DNA from: an uncultured Verrucomicrobiae bacterium
Lineage (GTDB): Bacteria > Verrucomicrobiota > Verrucomicrobiia > Limisphaerales > UBA11358
Reading direction: 5' to 3'
Length of the DNA: 64,000 nt
Assembly (NCBI GenBank): GCA_963802965.1
Contig: CAWDKS010000003.1
Coordinates: forward strand, 202,819 to 266,818
The notes beneath the pieces are model-generated. The model was not told the DNA's origin. It saw only the letters and a program-made list of their open reading frames with translations, and did not search any database. Below, piece by piece: positions 58,006 to 64,000 of this stretch. How positions within the stretch are numbered: the first letter of the stretch is position 1; every line of letters begins with the position of its first letter. A program made the translations under genes and the position numbers.

Positions 58006-58100
58006 AACAACCAACATCCAACACCGAACATCCAATTTTTCCCGGAAAGGCAGACGCAGATCCTTCGATGTTGGGCGTTGGATGTTCGATGTTCGATGTT
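58006..58100. repeat. inverted repeat with AACATCC/AACATCG heptamer arms between hypD and hypE
   Basis: aacaacc aacatcc aacaccg aacatcc (58006-58033) is complementary to tcgatgttgggcgttggatgttcgatgttcgatgtt (58065-58100). Confidence 0.85.
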
Positions 58101-58117
58101 TTCAATTCTGATTTTTT

Positions 58118-59161
58118 ATGGACTTTAACTCCACCTGCCCGATTCCCATTCAGCAGTATCCGCATGTCCTGCTGGCGCATGGCGGCGGCGGCAAGCTGAT
58201 GCACCAGCTCATCGGCAACATGTTCCTGGCGGCGTTTGGCAATCCGCCGCTTGAAACGCAGCACGATTCGGCGGTGGTTGAATGGACCGGCAAAAAACTC
58301 GCGTTCACGACCGATTCCTACGTCGTGCGGCCGTTGTTTTTCCCCGGCGGCGACATCGGTTCAATGGCCGTTCACGGCACGGTGAACGACCTCGCCATGA
58401 GCGGCGCGCGGCCGCTTTATCTCAGCAGCGCATTCATCATCGAGGAAGGATTGCCGATGGACACGCTCTGGCGCGTCGTCTGCTCGGTGCGCGACGCGGC
58501 GCAACGGTGCGGCGTGCAAATCATCACCGGCGACACCAAGGTCGTGGACAAGGGCAAGGGCGACGGCCTGTTCATCAACACCGCCGGCATTGGCGTCATC
58601 GAACACGACCAAAAAATCGTGCCGCAAAACGTGCAGCCCGGCGACGCCGTGCTGGTGAGCGGCGATTTGGGCCGGCACGGCATGGCCATCATGGCCGTGC
58701 GCGAAGGACTGCAATTCGAGAGCACCATCGAAAGCGATTCCGCGCCCGTCCACGAAATGGTTTTGGAGCTGCTCAAGGCTGGGATTGAAATTCATTGTCT
58801 GCGCGACCTGACCCGCGGCGGACTGGCGGGCGCGCTCAACGAGATTGCCGAGGGGGCAGGGGTGCGCATCGAAATCGTGGAAAAAACCGTGCCGGTGCGC
58901 GAAGACGTTCACGCCGCCTGCGAAATGCTCGGGCTTGACCCGTTGCACGTTGCGTGCGAAGGGCGCATCGCCGCGTTCATCGCGGCCAGGGACGCGGAGC
59001 GCGCGTTGCAAATCATGAGCCGCCACGCCGTTGGAGCGGGGTCGGCGGTCATCGGCAGGGTGGCGGAAAGCTCCGCGCCGCTGGTCACGTTGAAAAGCGC
59101 GATTGGCGCAAACCGGATACTCGACATGCCCGGCGGCGAGCAGTTGCCGAGGATTTGTTGA
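58118..59161 (+). CDS. hypE: hydrogenase maturation carbamoyl dehydratase HypE
   Basis: AIR-synthase-like fold ([23 protein letters not shown]) and the C-terminal GEQLPRIC motif. Confidence 0.92.
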   Translation: MDFNSTCPIPIQQYPHVLLAHGGGGKLMHQLIGNMFLAAFGNPPLETQHDSAVVEWTGKKLAFTTDSYVVRPLFFPGGDIGSMAVHGTVNDLAMSGARPLYLSSAFIIEEGLPMDTLWRVVCSVRDAAQRCGVQIITGDTKVVDKGKGDGLFINTAGIGVIEHDQKIVPQNVQPGDAVLVSGDLGRHGMAIMAVREGLQFESTIESDSAPVHEMVLELLKAGIEIHCLRDLTRGGLAGALNEIAEGAGVRIEIVEKTVPVREDVHAACEMLGLDPLHVACEGRIAAFIAARDAERALQIMSRHAVGAGSAVIGRVAESSAPLVTLKSAIGANRILDMPGGEQLPRIC

Positions 59162-59169
59162 GGGCGCGG

Positions 59170-59934
59170 TTACGCCAGCGCGAGCGAGTGCGTGCGCTCG
59201 TAGATTTCTTCGGGCGAACCTTCGGCCTTGATCGAAACCAGCAATCCGCATTTCCGGTAGAAATCGGTCAGCGGCCGGGTGCTTTTTTCATAAGCCTCCA
59301 TCCGCACGCGGACGGATTCGGGCCGGTCATCCTCGCGCTGAATCAGTTCTCCGCCGCAATGGTCGCAAATGCCCTGCACCCGCGGCGGCATGTTCGTCAC
59401 GTGGAAAACCGCTTTGCACTTGGAACACGTGCGGCGGCCCGACAGCCGGGCGACCACCTGGTCGAGGGGCAATTCGTAACTGAACACGGCGGTCAACGGC
59501 ACGTTTTCCTTTTCCAACAGGTCCGCCAACGCCTCGGCCTGGGCGACGGTGCGCGGAAAGCCGTCCAGCAGGAAACCGCCGCAACAGCGCAGGCAGCGGG
59601 TGCGTTCGGCCACAATCGCCAGCACGGTTTCGTCAGGCACCAAATCACCGCGAATCATGTAATGCAGCGCGGCCTCCAGGGCGGGGGAACGGTCGCCCTC
59701 CGAAAGACACTTGGCCGCGCGGAAAATATCGCCGGTGGACAACTGGCAGGCGCCCAGCCGCTCGGACAGCAACTCCGCCTGCGTGCCCTTGCCGACGCCC
59801 GGCGCGCCCAGCAAGACCAGCCGCCAAATCCGCCCCGCCGGTTTGGGCTGCGGATTCGAGCAAAACACGTCGCCGCCCTTGAGCCATGCCGCCCGGTCGG
59901 GCTTATGTGTTACATCAGGTTCCTTTGTTTTCAT
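59170..59934 (-). CDS. adk: adenylate kinase (Cys4 zinc-lid type)
   Basis: P-loop LLGAPGVGKGTQ and lid CSKC...CDHCGG. The start is uncertain (ATG 59934 leaves about 35 extra N-terminal residues); the ORF track extends to 59985. Confidence 0.85.
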   Translation of the reverse strand: MKTKEPDVTHKPDRAAWLKGGDVFCSNPQPKPAGRIWRLVLLGAPGVGKGTQAELLSERLGACQLSTGDIFRAAKCLSEGDRSPALEAALHYMIRGDLVPDETVLAIVAERTRCLRCCGGFLLDGFPRTVAQAEALADLLEKENVPLTAVFSYELPLDQVVARLSGRRTCSKCKAVFHVTNMPPRVQGICDHCGGELIQREDDRPESVRVRMEAYEKSTRPLTDFYRKCGLLVSIKAEGSPEEIYERTHSLALA

Positions 59935-60139
59935 ATGAATTAATTTAAGCCAAACCTGTGCGTTTCTCCATGCGGGATGCGCCAATTGACAAGAAATGTT
60001 TCTTCATTGCCAAAATTTGGGCGGAATGTGGGCCGGCGCTCAAATCATCCCCAAACCCCGCCGCCGGGCCATGCAAGGCATGTCAAGACTTTGACAATAA
60101 CCGTGTAGTATCCCATGCGAGGCGCGATTAAGGTGCCTT

Positions 60140-61060
60140 GTGAGAATTGTGGAAGAACTCAATACCAAAGCGGCGCCCGCGAACGGGTCGGAAAAGAAAC
60201 GGCCCGCGTCCGCACCCGTGCGGGAGACGGCGTTTGACCGGCCGCGTGATTTTCTGAACAACCGCTTCGTTTATGTGGTCATCTCCCCGCGCGCCCACGG
60301 CCTGTCGCTGGGCGTGAACATGAACCTCGACCAGCACTGCGATTTCGACTGCGGGTATTGCGAGGTGGACCGCCGGACGCCGCCGCGCGAGTTGGCGCTG
60401 GACGTGGAGGCGATGGGCGAAGAACTGCGCCGGACGCTCGCGTTTGTGCATCAGGGGCGGTTGCGCGAGCGCCTTGCTTACCAGACGTTGCCGGACGAAT
60501 TGCTGCAACTGCGCCACGTGGCGTTGAGCGGCGACGGCGAGCCGACGCTGGCGCTCAATTTCACCGAAGCCGTGCAGGCGGTCGTGCGCGTCCGGGCGCT
60601 GGGCGGGAACCCATTTTTCAAGGTTGTACTGCTGACGAACGCGACCGGCCTGGATCGGCCGCAGGTGCAGGAAGGTTTGAAACACCTCACCAAATCCGAT
60701 GAAATCTGGGCGAAGCTCGACGGCGGCACGCAGGCCTTTTTGAACCGGGTGAACCGCGGCAGCGTGTCGCTGGAAAAAGTGCTGAAGAACATCCTGTCGC
60801 TGGCGCGGCAACGTCCGGTGGTCATTCAAAGCCTGTTCCCGGCCATCAATGGCGAGGAACCACCGCTGGAAGAAATCGAGCAGTATGCCCGGCGGCTGAA
60901 GGAATTGAAGGCGGACGGCGCGCAAATCTCGCTGGTGCAGATTTACTCCGCCGCGCGGCCCATGTCGCACGCCGAATGCGGGCATCTTCCATTGAAAGTG
61001 CTGTCGCATATTGCGCAAATCGTGCGCCAGACGACCGGTCTGAAAGCGGAAGTTTTTTAA
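60140..61060 (+). CDS. radical SAM protein (function unknown)
   Basis: CDFDCGYC (CX3CX2C) cluster motif, the SGDGEPTL glycine-rich SAM motif, and a GTG start. Confidence 0.7.
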   Translation: MRIVEELNTKAAPANGSEKKRPASAPVRETAFDRPRDFLNNRFVYVVISPRAHGLSLGVNMNLDQHCDFDCGYCEVDRRTPPRELALDVEAMGEELRRTLAFVHQGRLRERLAYQTLPDELLQLRHVALSGDGEPTLALNFTEAVQAVVRVRALGGNPFFKVVLLTNATGLDRPQVQEGLKHLTKSDEIWAKLDGGTQAFLNRVNRGSVSLEKVLKNILSLARQRPVVIQSLFPAINGEEPPLEEIEQYARRLKELKADGAQISLVQIYSAARPMSHAECGHLPLKVLSHIAQIVRQTTGLKAEVF

Positions 61061-61358
61061 GACCGCATCCGGGAAATCAAAACGGGAATCATCCCCTTTT
61101 TCCATCTCGTTTGCCGCGTCGAATCCCGCGATGCGGTAGAAGACGGGTCCTCGGACGTCGTCACCCGGTTTTCAACAACGCCAAACCCGAACTCGAAACA
61201 TGACAATTTCCATTTAGCACAAACGACGGCGGAAAAGTAAATCGCTGCCAGATTTCTTGATATGCGGTGGGTTCAGGGGCGAAGGACTTGCGTTGGCAGA
61301 TATGAGGGGTTCACAGAGCTCGCCCCTCCGAAATAAACCTTTTCGGGTTCCGGAATTT

Positions 61359-62363
61359 TCAGTTCAGCGACGGGACGGGATAGTTCGAGATGGCCCGCAT
61401 GTATTGCGCGCGCTCGAATTCGCCCGGCGCGGGACAGTTCTTCTGGCTCAAGCTGCCCTTGAGCTGCGAGACGGATTCGTATTCATGCTCTTCCAGCCAC
61501 GCGACGAGGTCGCGCTCAATCGTGCTGATCTGCCGGACGCCGTGCCGGATCAGTACCGAGCACAGCATCGTCACGTCCGCGCCCGCCATGAGCATCTTCA
61601 ACACATCGGACGCGCGATGGATGCCGCTGGTGGCGGCCAGATTCGCGCGGACGTGCCCGTACAGAATCGCAATCCACCGCAGCGGCACGCGCATCGCCAT
61701 CGGCGTGCTCAATAAAATGTTGGGTTTCACCTCCAGCGTCTCGAGATCAATGTCCGGCTGATAAAACCGGTTGAACAGCACCAGCCCGTTCGCGCCCGCG
61801 TCGTCGAGCCGTTTCGCCATGTTCGCGAAATTGCTGAAGAACGGGCTGAGTTTGACGGCGACGGGAATGGTCACCTCCGATTTCGCCGCCTTGAGGATGT
61901 CCAGATAGGTTTGTTCCACCGCCGTCCCCGGCAGGTTGAAATCGGTCGGGATGTAATAAATGTTCAGTTCGAGGGCGTCCGCGCCGGCCTGTTGAATGAG
62001 TTTGGCGTAGCTCGTCCAGCCGCCGGTGGAGGAGCCGTTCAGACTGGCGATGATGGGGAGGCGCACCGCTTTTTTCGCCCTGGCGATGTGCTTGAGATAT
62101 TCCTCCGGCCCGAGATGAAATTCCTGCGGCTCGGGGAAATAAGTGAGTGACTCCGCGAAACTTTCGGTTCCCTGTTCCAGATTATGCGCCAGTTCGGCGC
62201 GGTCCTGGCGCAGTTGTTCCTCGAACAGCGAGTAAAGCACCACCGCCGACGCGCCGGCGTCTTCCATGCGTTTGATGTTGTCAATTTCCTCCGACAACGG
62301 CGAGGCCGCCGCGATGAGCGGCGTCCGCAGTTTCAGGCCGAGATAGGTGGTCGTTAAATCCAT
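61359..62363 (-). CDS. dihydroorotate dehydrogenase-like TIM-barrel flavoprotein (non-canonical)
   Basis: MDLTTTYLGLKLRTPLIAAASPLS and LAATSGIHRASDVLKMLMAGADV resemble class-1 DHOD/DPD folds. Where I expect the N-x-S-C-P-N loop the sequence reads ELNIYYIPTD. Confidence 0.7.
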   Translation of the reverse strand: MDLTTTYLGLKLRTPLIAAASPLSEEIDNIKRMEDAGASAVVLYSLFEEQLRQDRAELAHNLEQGTESFAESLTYFPEPQEFHLGPEEYLKHIARAKKAVRLPIIASLNGSSTGGWTSYAKLIQQAGADALELNIYYIPTDFNLPGTAVEQTYLDILKAAKSEVTIPVAVKLSPFFSNFANMAKRLDDAGANGLVLFNRFYQPDIDLETLEVKPNILLSTPMAMRVPLRWIAILYGHVRANLAATSGIHRASDVLKMLMAGADVTMLCSVLIRHGVRQISTIERDLVAWLEEHEYESVSQLKGSLSQKNCPAPGEFERAQYMRAISNYPVPSLN

Positions 62364-62378
62364 AACATTTTTTATCTT

Positions 62379-62446
62379 GTAGGAGCCGAGGTAACGAGGC
62401 TCATAATTTGTATTTTCAATTAGAGCCTCCTCACGTCGGCTCCTAC
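62379..62446. repeat. palindromic element, TGTAG family, between the DHOD-like gene and the PFOR gene
   Basis: GTAGGAGCCGAGGTAACGAGGCTC (62379-62402) and GAGCCTCCTCACGTCGGCTCCTAC (62423-62446). The right arm is identical to the hypF copy. Confidence 0.9.
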
Positions 62447-62450
62447 AGTT

Positions 62451-64000
<1,550 letters not shown>

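Noticed and set aside
54974-58100. Whether the short tandem or inverted repeats could be a CRISPR array
   Set aside because: The units are 7-8 nt and lack unique 25-40 nt spacers. The arrays are 28 nt long, many lie inside CDSs, and no cas genes are present.
59830-59985. An N-terminal extension of adenylate kinase as a novel domain
   Set aside because: It is most likely start-codon ambiguity. The extension has no motif, and an in-frame GTG lies closer to the P-loop. This cannot be resolved from sequence alone.
61061-61358. The 300-nt gap between the convergent radical-SAM and DHOD-like genes, as a possible ncRNA or gene remnant
   Set aside because: I could find no convincing secondary structure, repeat or protein-like frame by eye. 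The ORFs there are extensions of antisense frames.

Overview
High-GC (about 60% by eye) chromosomal segment. The 16S sequence and gene content (Tat-signal Gfo/Idh/MocA oxidoreductase, HEAT-repeat protein) suggest a PVC-group bacterium, probably Verrucomicrobiota; this assignment is tentative. Contents: a complete rRNA operon (16S, tRNA-Ala, tRNA-Ile, 23S, 5S) with two sigma70-like promoters; housekeeping genes (rmuC, ridA, mtnP, pilT, rpoD, waaA, mfd, recF, trpS, kpsF, pheA, scpB, ppdK, adk); a sulfate-uptake locus (Rrf2 regulator, YezD-like protein, outer-membrane barrel, sbp-cysTWA); envelope glycosyltransferases; a GH3 beta-glucosidase; and an H2 module (hoxEFUYH-hoxW-hypAFCDE, group 3d NAD-linked [NiFe] hydrogenase) flanked by ppdK and a DHOD-like/PFOR pair. 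I saw no IS element, integrase, prophage, CRISPR array or recognisable defence system. The most unusual feature is a dense population of short palindromic or tandem-unit repeats. There are several families, many with arms made of four 7-nt units. They occupy rRNA spacers and intercistronic gaps, and are also inserted inside mfd, hypF and mtnP without breaking the frame; the four with sharp boundaries are multiples of 3. In recF, hypF and kpsF they supply the C-terminus or stop codon. Other points: a low-GC secreted-protein ORF translationally coupled between hoxF and hoxU; no hypB in the hyp cluster; and two apparent frameshifts (pheA and an NtrC-type regulator).
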